Below are positions 1-9,530 of a stretch of DNA of 40,695 nt, piece after piece (position 1 is the first letter of the stretch; each line of letters begins with the position of its first letter). Location of the stretch: positions 1 through 40,695 of the forward strand of contig CBDTTY010000002.1 in NCBI GenBank assembly GCA_965363875.1. The letters run 5' to 3'. The stretch is from an uncultured Anaerolineales bacterium. Lineage in GTDB: Bacteria; Chloroflexota; Anaerolineae; Anaerolineales; E44-bin32. The translations under genes were made by a program, and so were the position numbers. The notes beneath the pieces are model-generated. The model worked only from the letters and a program-made list of their open reading frames with translations. It searched no databases and was not told where the DNA came from.

Positions 1-701
1 GCGGGAGGGACAACGTACCCGCCTTCACCAAGGATGGGCTCGATCATGATTGCGGCCGTCTCTTGGGGTGGAACTGTTCGGGCGAACACGACCTCCTCTA
101 TATAGCGCACTACAGCTTCGCCATAGTCTTCGTCTTTGGATTGAACGAGGATCGGTCGATATGCGTCCGGATAAGGGACGTGGGTCACACCGCTCATCAT
201 CGGGCTAAAGTTTTCCCGATATTGTGTCTTACTGGATGTGAAGGCTAGTGAGCCCATTGTCCGCCCGTGAAACGCGCCAAAAAAACCTATGAAGTGATGT
301 CGGCCTGTATGAGATCGGGCGAGTTTAATTGCAGCCTCGACAGCTTCCGTGCCGGAATTTCCCAGGAATACTTTAGCGGGTTCTTTAAAAGGAGCGGTAG
401 AGGCTATTTTTTCAGAGAATTCTACCCATACTGGATGGTAGAAATCGGAAGATATATGAATGAAATCATCTACCTGGTTTTTAATCGCTTCAACGACTTT
501 CGGATGGCTATGACCGGTTGAGCATACAGCGATTCCAGAGGCGAAGTCGATGAAGCGGTTACCATCAACATCCCAAATTTCGGATCCTTTTCCATGGTCC
601 ATTACAAATGGGTAAGCCCTTGGGTAGGAAGGGGATATTACTTTATGGTCTCGTTCTAAGAGTTTCTTCGCCTTTGTGCCGGGTATGTTCTGCGCTTTCA
701 T
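1..701 (-). CDS. class-III PLP-dependent aminotransferase (GabT/ArgD-like), N-terminal 233 codons only; gene runs off the window start
   Basis: Absent from the ORF track because it has no stop in the window. My reverse-strand translation from the ATG at 701-699 reads MKAQNIPGTKAKKLLERDHKVISPSYPRAYPFVMDHGKGSEIWDVDGNRFIDFASGIAVCSTGHSHPKVVEAIKNQ...LGNSGTEAVEAAIKLAR...AAIMIEPILGEGGY and stays open to position 1. AGGAGG at 717-712 lies 10 nt upstream of the ATG. Confidence 0.8.
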   Translation of the reverse strand, partial: MKAQNIPGTKAKKLLERDHKVISPSYPRAYPFVMDHGKGSEIWDVDGNRFIDFASGIAVCSTGHSHPKVVEAIKNQVDDFIHISSDFYHPVWVEFSEKIASTAPFKEPAKVFLGNSGTEAVEAAIKLARSHTGRHHFIGFFGAFHGRTMGSLAFTSSKTQYRENFSPMMSGVTHVPYPDAYRPILVQSKDEDYGEAVVRYIEEVVFARTVPPQETAAIMIEPILGEGGYVVPP

Positions 702-921
702 TGATGCAATGCCTCCTGGAAAGAATCTGGATATTGTAATGATGTGCGCTGAGTGTTTTGCGCATAGCCATCATTCATCGATGGGTTTTGAGCCGTTTCT
801 TCGCCGATCAGACGCGGCGAAGATGGTGAATTATATCACTCTCGCTTTGCATAGCGCTTATTCCATTGTATAAAAGAAGGTAGATTTCATCGCCCAATCA
901 ATCTTAAAGGAGAATGCAGAC

Positions 922-2613
922 ATGAAAGAGCGACCCTGGTTTAAACACTACGAATCAGAAGTCCCGAAGTCCATCGAGTACCCAGAAGTGCCGCTCTATC
1001 ATTTTATTGAGAATGCTGCAGCAAAGTATCCTGATCAGGCTTGTGCGATATTTAAGGGTTCGGTCATTACCTATAGCGAGATGGATGAAATTACGAACCG
1101 GCTCGCGGGCGCACTTGCTGCTATGGGCGTAAAGAAAGGAACACCAGTTGGCATCTTCATGCCCAACTCGCCGCAGTTCGTAATGGCATTCTACGCGATA
1201 CTCAAAGCGGGCGGGATTGTTGTCGCCACGAACCCTCTCTACACCGGTCGCGAGATTGAACATCAAATGAAGGATTCGGGGACGGAGATTATGCTCGTCA
1301 TGAGCAATTTCTACTCCATGATTAAAGAAGTTCAACCGAAGACTCCTATCAAGAAGTTGATCGTCACGAATATTAAAGAATATCTGCCCGGAATGCTTCG
1401 CTTCCTTTTCACTCTGACCAAAGAGAAGAAAGACGGTCATCGAGTCGAGCTTGGAGAGGGGGATTATTGGCTGCAGGATCTGCTGAAGGAATACTCAGCC
1501 GCTGATCGACCGCAGATAGAAATGAAACCCAAGGATGATGCTCTATACCAGTATAGCGGTGGTACGACCGGCCTTTCAAAAGCGGCAATCGCGACGCATG
1601 GAAACCTCGTAGCCAACACGCTGCAGATAAAATCCTGGCTGCCCTCCGTCAAGGAGGGAGGCGAGACCGTCTTGATGGCGATCCCGATGTTCCATGTCTA
1701 TGGCATGGTCGCTGGGATGAGCTTCGGCATCGCTGCTGCCGCCAGCATGGTGATGGTCCCAAATCCACGGGATATGGGAGATGTCCTCGGTTCGATTTCC
1801 AAGTACCGCCCGACGATATATCCCGGTGTTCCAGCGATGTACAACGCCATCAACAATCACCCCGACGTGAAGGCGGGCAAGGTGGACGTGAGTTCGATCA
1901 AGGCATGCATCTCTGGTTCTGCTCCGCTGATGAGGGAGACACAGGCTACATTTGAAGAGCTGACGGGGGGTAAACTCGTGGAAGGTTATGGCCTTTCTGA
2001 AGCCCCAACAGCGACCCACTGCAACCCGGTTTTCGGAATGAGCAAAGAGGGGTCGATTGGCATCCCCTTCCCGGACGTGGACGTCCGCATCATCTCTCTG
2101 GATGATGAAGTTACTGTGCTGGAAACTGGGGAGATTGGGGAGCTTGTAATGAAGGGTCCCCAGGTAATGAAGGGCTATTTAAATATGCCCACAGAGACGA
2201 CGAACGCATTACGAGACGGCTGGCTCTACACCGGCGACATCGCCTATATGGACGAGGATGGCTATTTCTTTATTGTGGATCGTAAGAAGGAGCTCATCAA
2301 ACCCAGCGGTTATCAGGTTTGGCCCAGGGAAGTTGAGGAAGTTATCGCCGAAAACCCCAAGGTCCTTGAAGTCGGTGTCGCAGGCATTCCCGATGCTTAT
2401 CGTGGAGAGACTGTAAAAGCGTGGGTGGTTCTCAAACCGGGCGAAACATTGACTGCCGACGAAGTTAAAGCGTGGTGCAAAGAACACATGGCTGCGTTTA
2501 AAGTTCCCACACACGTAGAATTCCGGGACGAACTGCCGAAAACAACCGTCGGAAAGGTTCTGAGGCGGGAGCTAGTACGTCAGGATCGCGAGAATGCGGG
2601 GACGGAAGACTAA
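922..2613 (+). CDS. fadD: long-chain fatty-acid--CoA ligase (AMP-binding/ANL superfamily)
   Basis: 563-aa ORF with AMP-binding signatures YQYSGGTTGLSKAA, EGYGLSE, YTGDIAYMDEDGYFFIVDRKKELIK and C-terminal PKTTVGKVLRREL. AAGGAG at 907-912 lies 9 nt before the ATG. Confidence 0.9.
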   Translation: MKERPWFKHYESEVPKSIEYPEVPLYHFIENAAAKYPDQACAIFKGSVITYSEMDEITNRLAGALAAMGVKKGTPVGIFMPNSPQFVMAFYAILKAGGIVVATNPLYTGREIEHQMKDSGTEIMLVMSNFYSMIKEVQPKTPIKKLIVTNIKEYLPGMLRFLFTLTKEKKDGHRVELGEGDYWLQDLLKEYSAADRPQIEMKPKDDALYQYSGGTTGLSKAAIATHGNLVANTLQIKSWLPSVKEGGETVLMAIPMFHVYGMVAGMSFGIAAAASMVMVPNPRDMGDVLGSISKYRPTIYPGVPAMYNAINNHPDVKAGKVDVSSIKACISGSAPLMRETQATFEELTGGKLVEGYGLSEAPTATHCNPVFGMSKEGSIGIPFPDVDVRIISLDDEVTVLETGEIGELVMKGPQVMKGYLNMPTETTNALRDGWLYTGDIAYMDEDGYFFIVDRKKELIKPSGYQVWPREVEEVIAENPKVLEVGVAGIPDAYRGETVKAWVVLKPGETLTADEVKAWCKEHMAAFKVPTHVEFRDELPKTTVGKVLRRELVRQDRENAGTED

Positions 2614-2647
2614 ACCAACGTGTTTCTAGTTGGAGACCTGAAGGCGA

Positions 2648-2676
2648 AACGCCCGGGCGATCATCGCCCGGGCGTT
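2648..2676. terminator. GC-rich palindromic hairpin between convergent fadD and ftsH (possible bidirectional terminator)
   Basis: AACGCCCGGGCGA-TCA-TCGCCCGGGCGTT forms a perfect 13-bp stem. It sits 35 nt after the fadD stop and 24 nt after the ftsH stop. There is no strong T-tract on either side. Confidence 0.5.
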
Positions 2677-2699
2677 GGTTATAGTATCGATTAGAAATT

Positions 2700-4562
2700 T
2701 CACGCACCCGCGAGGAGAGGGGTTCCGCTGTTTTTCTCTTTGACAGGTTCGCCGAAGATTTTCTCGAATGTTTCTCGATCTATGGTTTCCTCTTCGACGA
2801 GATATTGGGCGATGGTATCGAGTGAACTTCGATATTCGGTCAGGATATCCTTAGCGCGAGCATAAGCATCTCGGACCAAGCCACGAACCTCGGTATCTAT
2901 TTTCTCAGCGACACTCTCAGAGTAGTCTCGCTGTTCTGAGATCTCTCGACCGAGGAAAACCAGCTCTTCTTTTTGCCCATATACCATCGGTCCAAGCTCA
3001 TCACTCATCCCGAGTCGAGTGACCATCGAGCGTGCCATCTTTGTCACCCGCTCGAGATCGCTCGATGCGCCTGAAGTGATATCGTTGAAGACCAGCTCCT
3101 CAGCAGCGCGACCACCGAGGGCAAAGGTCATATCCGCCAGTAGCTTATTACGGGAAATCAGTGTCCGGTCATCCTCTGGTAGGGCAAGCGTAAAGCCGCC
3201 CATCATTCCCCGAGCTATGATGCTAACTTTATGAACGGGATCTGATTCGGGGATAACGTGACTTACGACGGCATGACCCGCTTCGTGGTAGGCGACGATT
3301 AATTTCTCGCCTTCGCTGATGAGACGGCTCTTGCGTTCAGGGCCAGCGATAACTCGCTCGATCGATTCTTCGAACTCCTGTTGCCCGATTGTCTTTTTAT
3401 CTCGACGAGCGGCCAAGATTGCAGCTTCGTTGACGAGATTCTCGAGATCGGCGCCGACAAATCCCGGGGTTGCTTTTCCGATAACCGAGAGATCTACGGA
3501 CTCCTCAAGGGGCTTACCTCTAGAATGGACTTTCAGGATCGCCTCACGCCCGCGCATATCCGGCTGGTCGAGAATAACTCGCCGGTCAAAACGGCCGGGT
3601 CGAAGAAGAGCAGGATCGAGGATATCTGGCCTATTGGTCGCCGCCATGATGATCACATTCGTATCCGTCTCGAAGCCGTCCATCTCGACGAGCATCTGGT
3701 TGAGTGTTTGTTCCCGCTCATCATGGCTGCCGCCGAGGCCGGCGCCGCGTTGACGGCCAACGGCGTCGATCTCATCGACAAAGACGATACATGGGGAGTG
3801 GCGCTTTGCTTGATCGAAAAGATCGCGCACTCGACTTGCGCCGACGCCGACGAACATTTCGACGAACTCAGAGCCCGAAATGGAGAAGAAGGGTACACCC
3901 GCTTCCCCTGAGACTGCCTTCGCGAGCAGTGTTTTCCCCGTCCCTGGTGCACCGATAAGAAGCACACCTTTTGGAATGCGGGCGCCAAGTGAAATAAACT
4001 TTTCAGGCTCCTGAAGGAACTCGACAATCTCCTCAAGATCCTCTTTCGCTTCCTCAATGCCGGCAACATCCTCGAATGTAACCGTGGGTTGGTCGCCCGT
4101 AAACATACGTGCGCGACTCTTCCCGAAGGAGAGTGCCTGGTTATTTGTACCTTGCGCTTGACGCATCATGAACCAGATCAAACCCACGACGAGGAGCGCG
4201 GGAAGGATATACGTAATCAGGCTGATAATCGTTCCCAGATCGCTGGGTTCTTTGATCTCGAGTTCAAGATTCTCGCGGGCTAATGCCGACTGAGTGACGC
4301 CCAGATCTTTAAGCTGTTCAACCGTCGTCTTTGTAGGCTCCTTGCGCGAGAACGCATTGGTGCCATCAGCGTAAATCAATTCCAGTTCGTTTTCATCGAC
4401 GATTATTCGGTCGATCACACCAGATTGAACCTTTGCCGCGACCTCGTTTAAAGGCAGTATTTCAGGTTTGGTCGCCTCGCTGCGGGAGTAGAAAATAACC
4501 GCCACGATAGTGAGCATTAACATAAATAGTACGAGAGAGTTTCTACCTCGGGGTGAATTCAC
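2700..4562 (-). CDS. ftsH: ATP-dependent zinc metalloprotease FtsH
   Basis: 620 aa with two N-terminal TM segments. Motifs: Walker A GAPGTGKT, Walker [13 protein letters not shown] region [19 protein letters not shown], zinc motif HEAGHA. GTG start with GGGAGG 5 nt upstream. Confidence 0.97.
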   Translation of the reverse strand: MNSPRGRNSLVLFMLMLTIVAVIFYSRSEATKPEILPLNEVAAKVQSGVIDRIIVDENELELIYADGTNAFSRKEPTKTTVEQLKDLGVTQSALARENLELEIKEPSDLGTIISLITYILPALLVVGLIWFMMRQAQGTNNQALSFGKSRARMFTGDQPTVTFEDVAGIEEAKEDLEEIVEFLQEPEKFISLGARIPKGVLLIGAPGTGKTLLAKAVSGEAGVPFFSISGSEFVEMFVGVGASRVRDLFDQAKRHSPCIVFVDEIDAVGRQRGAGLGGSHDEREQTLNQMLVEMDGFETDTNVIIMAATNRPDILDPALLRPGRFDRRVILDQPDMRGREAILKVHSRGKPLEESVDLSVIGKATPGFVGADLENLVNEAAILAARRDKKTIGQQEFEESIERVIAGPERKSRLISEGEKLIVAYHEAGHAVVSHVIPESDPVHKVSIIARGMMGGFTLALPEDDRTLISRNKLLADMTFALGGRAAEELVFNDITSGASSDLERVTKMARSMVTRLGMSDELGPMVYGQKEELVFLGREISEQRDYSESVAEKIDTEVRGLVRDAYARAKDILTEYRSSLDTIAQYLVEEETIDRETFEKIFGEPVKEKNSGTPLLAGA

Positions 4563-4666
4563 ATATACCTCCCAAAGCTAATCATTGGCTTTGGTTATTT
4601 AGACTAATTTTTACAACGTTCGTCCGAATTATACCGCGGCCGGTGGGGTGCGACCAGTATGTTGGA

Positions 4667-5704
4667 TTAACCTGGATTAATTGGGCAGGAAGGGTAAAGC
4701 AAGCATACCCAAAGCCAGAGGGGGATCAATCCACCAATTGTTAGAAATGCCAACAAACCAAGAGCGATCATGGTCCAATCCATCTCCGAAGCTATCGCAG
4801 GATTTTGAGGTGATATGGCCTTAACCTGTGCGAAATCTGTGATGTCCAATCCATCACCTGTGGGTGAGTGGTCTCCTGGGATGGCATCCAAGTTGAAATT
4901 CGTGAGGATCCGACCAAGTTGATCCGCGGTGCGGTAGCGAGCAGAGGGCTCCTTCGCGAGAACCTTTAGAACAATCTGCTGCAGGGATTCGGGGATGCTG
5001 GGCTCGATCAAGCGAGGATGAATTGGCTCAGCGGTCAGGTGAAGCTGAGCTAGGTCGGCTGCGTTATCCGCCACGAATGGAGGTTGACCGGTGATCATTT
5101 CGTAGAGGATCACTCCAAGAGAATAAACATCGCTGGCAGGTGAAGGTGCTCCCCCTGAGGCTTGCTCTGGAGAAAAATACTGAGGGCTTCCCCAAACAAC
5201 ATCTGAATGTTCATCGGGTTGGATTGTTGCCAGTGCACGGGAGACACCGAAGTCGGTAATCTTAATCTTGTTGTCAGGTGTAATCAGAATGTTTTGTGGT
5301 TTAAGATCACAGTGAACGAGACCTGCCCGGTGGGCATAGCCAACACCGTCGGAGATCTTTATCATTAACTCCACTGCCTCGAGTGGGGCAAGGAGTTTCC
5401 GCCGACGGATGAGAGTCTTTAAATCGGCCCCTGCGATGTACTCCATCACAATGTAAAGAGTATCGTCGTCACGGCCGAAGTCGAAAATGGTGACAATATT
5501 TGGATGGGAGAGATTCGCAGCTGCACGGGCTTCATGCAGGAAGTTCTCTTGGAAGGATTGATCCTTGGCAAGCGGATCGCGCAAGATTTTCGCTGCGACT
5601 TCGCGCTGGAGTTGATGGTCTAATGCGCGGTAAATATCTGCCATACCGCCGAAGCCGATTTTTTCAAGCAGCTCGTACCGTCCACCTAATAAATCCTGTG
5701 CCAT
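4667..5704 (-). CDS. Hanks-type Ser/Thr protein kinase with C-terminal membrane anchor
   Basis: Motifs GFGGMADIYRA, VAAKIL, HCDLKPQNIL, DFG and SPEQ, with a hydrophobic C-terminus WTMIALGLLAFLTIGGLIPLWLWVCLLY. The ORF track extends to a TTG at 5743. I prefer the ATG at 5704 (MAQDLLGGRYEL) because that TTG is part of a -35-like hexamer. Confidence 0.85.
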   Translation of the reverse strand: MAQDLLGGRYELLEKIGFGGMADIYRALDHQLQREVAAKILRDPLAKDQSFQENFLHEARAAANLSHPNIVTIFDFGRDDDTLYIVMEYIAGADLKTLIRRRKLLAPLEAVELMIKISDGVGYAHRAGLVHCDLKPQNILITPDNKIKITDFGVSRALATIQPDEHSDVVWGSPQYFSPEQASGGAPSPASDVYSLGVILYEMITGQPPFVADNAADLAQLHLTAEPIHPRLIEPSIPESLQQIVLKVLAKEPSARYRTADQLGRILTNFNLDAIPGDHSPTGDGLDITDFAQVKAISPQNPAIASEMDWTMIALGLLAFLTIGGLIPLWLWVCLLYPSCPINPG

Positions 5705-5714
5705 GGTGCTGACG

Positions 5715-5743
5715 ATTGTAATCCTTACAAGTATTCGCGGCAA
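5715..5743 (-). promoter_or_regulatory. putative sigma70-type promoter TTGCCG-N17-TACAAT for the kinase gene (near-leaderless)
   Basis: On the minus strand TTGCCG (5743-5738), a 17-nt spacer and TACAAT (5720-5715). The ATG at 5704 follows after 10 nt with no Shine-Dalgarno. Confidence 0.4.
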
Positions 5744-5790
5744 TGCAAGGAGAGAACACTATTTGACGCTATAATATCCTGAGGTAATTT

Positions 5791-6747
5791 ATGACGAATC
5801 GATGTGCCTGGTTGCTCTATAACCCTGCTGCAGGTAGGTTTCCTGCCGGCCCGCTTCTTGATCGGGCGATGCGTGTTCTCTCGACTGCGGGTTGGGATGC
5901 ACATCTTGTTAAAGGGGAACCGAAGAAAGGGGTGGTCGATATCGCCAAGGAGGCTGTTGCACAGCGCTGCGATGCTGTATTTGTAGTCGGCGGTGATGGT
6001 TCGATCGGCCAGGCAGCATCTGCGTTGGCGGGGTCGGAAACTGCTCTGGGTGTCCTGCCAGCTGGAACTGCAAATGTATGGGCGCAGGAACTCGGTCTAC
6101 CTCGCCTTGATTGGATCCATGTCTTTGCGTTGGAGCAGGCGGCTGAGAGATTAGCTGCCGGAGATGTCCGTTCCGTGGATGTCGGAGTGTGTAACGGTCA
6201 GGCATTCCTGTTATGGGCTGGCGTCGGGTTGGATGCACAGGTTGTCAACAGCATCGAACCGCGGGAGCGTTGGGAGAAAGCGTTTGCGACGGTCCATTAC
6301 GCAACATTGGCTTTATGGAATGCAATCGGGTGGGAAGGGATGAACTTAAAGGTTCGGACAGACAAGGACGAATTTGAAGGGCGATACCTGGTTGCTGTCG
6401 CCTCCAATATTCCTGCATATGCCGGCGGTTTGGTCGACTTAGCAACGGGCGCTAAGGTTGACGACGGTTTGCTGGATTTCTGGTTTATTGAGAGTGGAAA
6501 ACTTCGTGATGTCCTTGTGCGGGTAGCGCAGATTTTCATGGGTCGTCATGTGGATGCAGAAGGGGTAGACCACTTTCGAGCCAGCGAAGCGGTCTTCGAA
6601 ATGGAAAATGGACTACCTATACAGTTTGATGGTGAACCGTTGGTCCTTGACACCCCCCTTGAGTTCAGTGTTCAAAAGAAGGCGCTCAAGGTTCTCGTTC
6701 CAGGCGATGTAAATCCTGATCTGTTTGCTAGCAAATCCGATGGATGA
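5791..6747 (+). CDS. diacylglycerol-kinase-family lipid kinase (YegS/BmrU-like)
   Basis: 318 aa with the DAGK catalytic-domain motif VFVVGGDGSIGQAASAL...LGVLPAGTANVWAQELG. GAGG lies upstream of the ATG. Confidence 0.8.
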   Translation: MTNRCAWLLYNPAAGRFPAGPLLDRAMRVLSTAGWDAHLVKGEPKKGVVDIAKEAVAQRCDAVFVVGGDGSIGQAASALAGSETALGVLPAGTANVWAQELGLPRLDWIHVFALEQAAERLAAGDVRSVDVGVCNGQAFLLWAGVGLDAQVVNSIEPRERWEKAFATVHYATLALWNAIGWEGMNLKVRTDKDEFEGRYLVAVASNIPAYAGGLVDLATGAKVDDGLLDFWFIESGKLRDVLVRVAQIFMGRHVDAEGVDHFRASEAVFEMENGLPIQFDGEPLVLDTPLEFSVQKKALKVLVPGDVNPDLFASKSDG

Positions 6748-6921
6748 TGGATGAATGCTGAAAAGAATTAGATCTTATTCGAGAACCCAATGAATTTGAC
6801 ATTACCCATTGCAGCGGTCCTAGTTAAAGTAGCCGCGGTGTGCCTCTCACCAGGGTGGGTTCTCATTTCCACCGCGTTGACGATAATCCATCTCGATTTA
6901 ATTTCCTTCTTACTCCACTAA

Positions 6922-7422
6922 ATGGAAAACAAGCCTTCTCTCCCTAACGTTGTGAAGTCACACGGGCTATGGGCCGGACTGGGGGTCTTGTTGGGGGCAA
7001 TCACTTTGTTCGCCTTGATCGTGCTCGGATATTTCACTCGCCAAGCTCAAGTTTCAATACCTCCGGCGACACCGATATTAATTTTGATCAATGCGCCCAC
7101 AGCCTCCATAACCATCACGCCGCCACCAGAAACTGCCGAACCTGCGAATACTTCTACGCCTACACTTTCACCGGAAGCGAGTGGTTCGCTCTCGCTGGGG
7201 AGACTCGTCGAAGTCTATGGTACCGAAGGAGATGGCCTGCGGATGCGTGACAATGTTGGTTTGGATTCCAGGATTGTATTCGTAGCGGTTGAGAGTGAAG
7301 TCTTTGAATTGCGTGATGGTCCTGTGCAAAAAGATGGGTATGAATGGTGGTTCTTGGTTAACCCCTATAATTTGGATAAAACGGGTTGGGCTGTTAGCAC
7401 TTATTTGCAACCCATCGACTAG
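6922..7422 (+). CDS. membrane-anchored protein with Pro/Thr-rich linker and C-terminal SH3b-like domain
   Basis: 166 aa: one TM (GLWAGLGVLLGAITLFALIVLGYF), a P/T-rich linker, then GRLVEVYGTEGDGLRMRDNVGLDSRIVFVAVESEVFELRDGPVQKDGYEWWFLV...GWAVSTYL, typical of bacterial SH3. No clear RBS. Confidence 0.55.
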   Translation: MENKPSLPNVVKSHGLWAGLGVLLGAITLFALIVLGYFTRQAQVSIPPATPILILINAPTASITITPPPETAEPANTSTPTLSPEASGSLSLGRLVEVYGTEGDGLRMRDNVGLDSRIVFVAVESEVFELRDGPVQKDGYEWWFLVNPYNLDKTGWAVSTYLQPID

Positions 7423-7482
7423 AAGACGATTTGCTCCGTTAGTGTTCATGAGCTAATATTTGCCCGCCAAAGGAAGGCACAA

Positions 7483-7833
7483 GTGAAGAGAAAACCAAAG
7501 AGCGTCTCGGCCTCACGTAAGGAAGAGGTTTTGCGGATTGAATGGGAGGATGGTCACAAGAGCGAAATTCCTTTCGGCACGCTTCGTGCAGCTTGTCCCT
7601 GTGCAGATTGCCGCATGAGTCATGATCAAGATCAGAGTGCTGAGAAGGAAGATATGCTGGAACTGAATATTCGCGCTAAAAACACGACGATCCTCGAGAG
7701 GATCGAACAAGTAGGCAACTACGCAGTTCAGTTGGTTTGGCGCGATGGTCACCACGCTGGTATTTATACATGGGATTACCTTGATCACCTTAGCCTCGAT
7801 AGTGATCATGGCGGTGGAAGGAGACCGGTGTGA
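7483..7833 (+). CDS. DUF971 (gamma-butyrobetaine-hydroxylase-like N-terminal domain) protein
   Basis: 116 aa with a GTG start. LRIEWEDGHKSEIPFGTLRAACPCADC ... VGNYAVQLVWRDGHHAGIYTWDYL matches the DUF971 pattern from memory. Confidence 0.65.
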   Translation: MKRKPKSVSASRKEEVLRIEWEDGHKSEIPFGTLRAACPCADCRMSHDQDQSAEKEDMLELNIRAKNTTILERIEQVGNYAVQLVWRDGHHAGIYTWDYLDHLSLDSDHGGGRRPV

Positions 7834-8390
7834 AGGACCCTCTAGATGAGCTAATTAACTTCGCGGAGAGAACTTACGTTCGCTTAGAAGCGGAGACGCT
7901 CATCATGGATTGTATTGAGCGTGGAGAACCCAAACCCTTTTTCAAGCTTCTTGAAGAATTGATTCTTGCTGGCACATCTTCTCTCAGCGTGTTGCGGGAG
8001 ATTCTTGGTGTTATTAGAGTAATAAAAACTGGCCTGGGGAAAGAAGGGTTAGATGTACGCCAGGACCTCGTTGATGCCATGGCTGAATTTGGCGTCGCTT
8101 TGCCAAAGCTCCTCTCTGCCGAAGATCCTGAAGCATTCAGGCAGATATGTGGCTATGAGATGAGATTTAAGGTAAATGAGATCGCCTATCACTTGGAAAT
8201 TGAAGAAACCGCATTGCTTGAAGAAATCTGTATAGAAGCGGGGAATAAAGTAACTACGATTGCCGGAAGAATGGCGATCCTCACGCAGCTTGAAGAAAGT
8301 GTGCTAGATTGGATTGATGGTCTTACCTATGAGGCGGTCCATAATTTTGAGTATCCGGATTGGGATCACAGTCAAGCAATGAGTCATTGA
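7830..8390 (+). CDS. hypothetical all-helical acidic protein, translationally coupled to the DUF971 gene
   Basis: 186-aa ORF. Its GTG start overlaps the upstream stop (GTGA, 7830-7833). I recognise no motif. Confidence 0.5.
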   Translation: MKDPLDELINFAERTYVRLEAETLIMDCIERGEPKPFFKLLEELILAGTSSLSVLREILGVIRVIKTGLGKEGLDVRQDLVDAMAEFGVALPKLLSAEDPEAFRQICGYEMRFKVNEIAYHLEIEETALLEEICIEAGNKVTTIAGRMAILTQLEESVLDWIDGLTYEAVHNFEYPDWDHSQAMSH

Positions 8391-8581
8391 ATCGGCCAAT
8401 CAAGCTTCCGGCGCAAACACCGCTAGACTCTGCAATCTCATAAAAATCTTCTCCCAAAAATATAAACACTCCATTTCTTATCAAGGAATTACTCCAATAT
8501 ATGGAGTCAGGAAGCTCTGTTTACGGTTGCAGACCCAGTGTGCGCCCTGAGAATCGCGCTGCGAAAATGAGAGCCAACCTT

Positions 8582-8606
8582 GAAAAGTAATGAGCCCGGA
8601 GGCTCA
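8582..8606 (-). terminator. putative intrinsic terminator of the NarL-type regulator gene
   Basis: On the minus strand TGAGCC-TCCG-GGCTCA is followed by TTACTTTTC, about 87 nt after the stop at 8693. Confidence 0.45.
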
Positions 8607-8692
8607 GCTCAGGGTGGAGCGGGGTGCTTATATCCGCTTGGTCATCCACATAATTTGGAGGGGATAAATCAAAAGGAAAAAGGGAAGATGAA

Positions 8693-9361
8693 TTAAAGGT
8701 AGTCTTTCAAATTATGCTCGACGGCATAGGCAGCTGCTTCCGCTCGGTTGCGGACATTTAATTTAGAGAGAATGCTGCTGACGTAATTGCGAACAGTTCC
8801 CTCTCCAAGAAAGAGCATCTCGGCAATTTGACGGTTTGTCCGCCCTTCGGAAACAAGCTGCAATACGTGCATCTCCTGCTGGGTGAGTTCCGCAAAAGCC
8901 GAGGCTTCCTCCTCGCGAGCTGCTTTGCGGACCTCCTGGAACACCCTCTGAGTAACGGCGGGATCGAGCAAAGCTTCACCTCGTCCAATCGCCTCGATCG
9001 CTCGAACAAGATCGTCCCCGCCAATCTGCTTTAAGACATATCCAGCAGCCCCTGCGCGGATAGCTGAGAAGAGCATCTCGTCCTCGGCGTAGGATGTGAG
9101 CATGATGACTTTTGTATCGGGGTGGTTCTCGGTGATGTCCTGACAGGCTTCGATACCAGAGCCGCCCTTTAGGCGAATATCCATCACAACGACATCCGGT
9201 TTGTATGATTTTGTTTTCTCGATTGCATCACGAGGTCCAACCGCTTCGGCGACCACTTCGAAGCTTGGATGCTTCTCAAGCAGCGCTTTCAAACCTACCC
9301 GGACAACTTCGTGATCGTCTACAAGGAGTATACGTTGACGAGTCAATTGCCTTCCTTTCAA
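8693..9361 (-). CDS. NarL/LuxR-family response regulator (receiver + GerE HTH)
   Basis: Receiver motifs [24 protein letters not shown] and YVLKQ. The HTH reads [45 protein letters not shown]. Start is a TTG at 9361, or more likely the TTG at 9346 preceded by AAGGAAGG. Confidence 0.9.
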   Translation of the reverse strand: MKGRQLTRQRILLVDDHEVVRVGLKALLEKHPSFEVVAEAVGPRDAIEKTKSYKPDVVVMDIRLKGGSGIEACQDITENHPDTKVIMLTSYAEDEMLFSAIRAGAAGYVLKQIGGDDLVRAIEAIGRGEALLDPAVTQRVFQEVRKAAREEEASAFAELTQQEMHVLQLVSEGRTNRQIAEMLFLGEGTVRNYVSSILSKLNVRNRAEAAAYAVEHNLKDYL

Positions 9362-9382
9362 ATTCAGCTAATTATTATCCAG

Positions 9383-9411
9383 ATTCTAATCGAGGAGACG
9401 TTGTTGGACAA
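9383..9411 (-). promoter_or_regulatory. putative promoter TTGTCC-N17-TAGAAT for the NarL-type regulator
   Basis: On the minus strand TTGTCC (9411-9406), a 17-nt spacer and TAGAAT (9388-9383). Confidence 0.35.
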
Positions 9412-9530
9412 GGAGAGCCCTGCTGCTTACCCAGGTGAATACAGTATGGAGGATCCGTTTTCCACGGGTCCTAACCTCGATCTTTTGGATGGCGGAAACA
9501 ATGGCTACTCCAGAATTTAAAGAGGTGGGT

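Noticed and set aside
799-822. Perfect 8-bp hairpin CTTCGCCG-ATCAGACG-CGGCGAAG in the divergent aminotransferase/fadD spacer, considered as an operator or riboswitch element.
   Set aside because: It is a single short hairpin with no repeat partner or recognisable motif, which is insufficient to call a regulatory site.
3019-4283. Several 64-176-aa ORFs on the plus strand, and one same-strand out-of-frame ORF, inside ftsH (3019-3234, 3319-3753, 3381-3911, 3653-4069, 3704-3958, 4089-4283).
   Set aside because: These are shadow ORFs with Arg/Ser/Pro-rich low-complexity translations, fully contained in a gene with unambiguous FtsH motifs. The same applies to the nested ORFs inside fadD, the kinases, sucCD, fabF, plsX and others.
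8515-8524. CTCTGTTTAC, identical to a stretch of E. coli 4.5S RNA, raising the idea of an SRP RNA in the long spacer.
   Set aside because: The diagnostic helix-8 motif (GGAA tetraloop with AGCA/GGAA asymmetric loops) is absent. The nearby hairpin has a CGGA loop and is better explained as a terminator.
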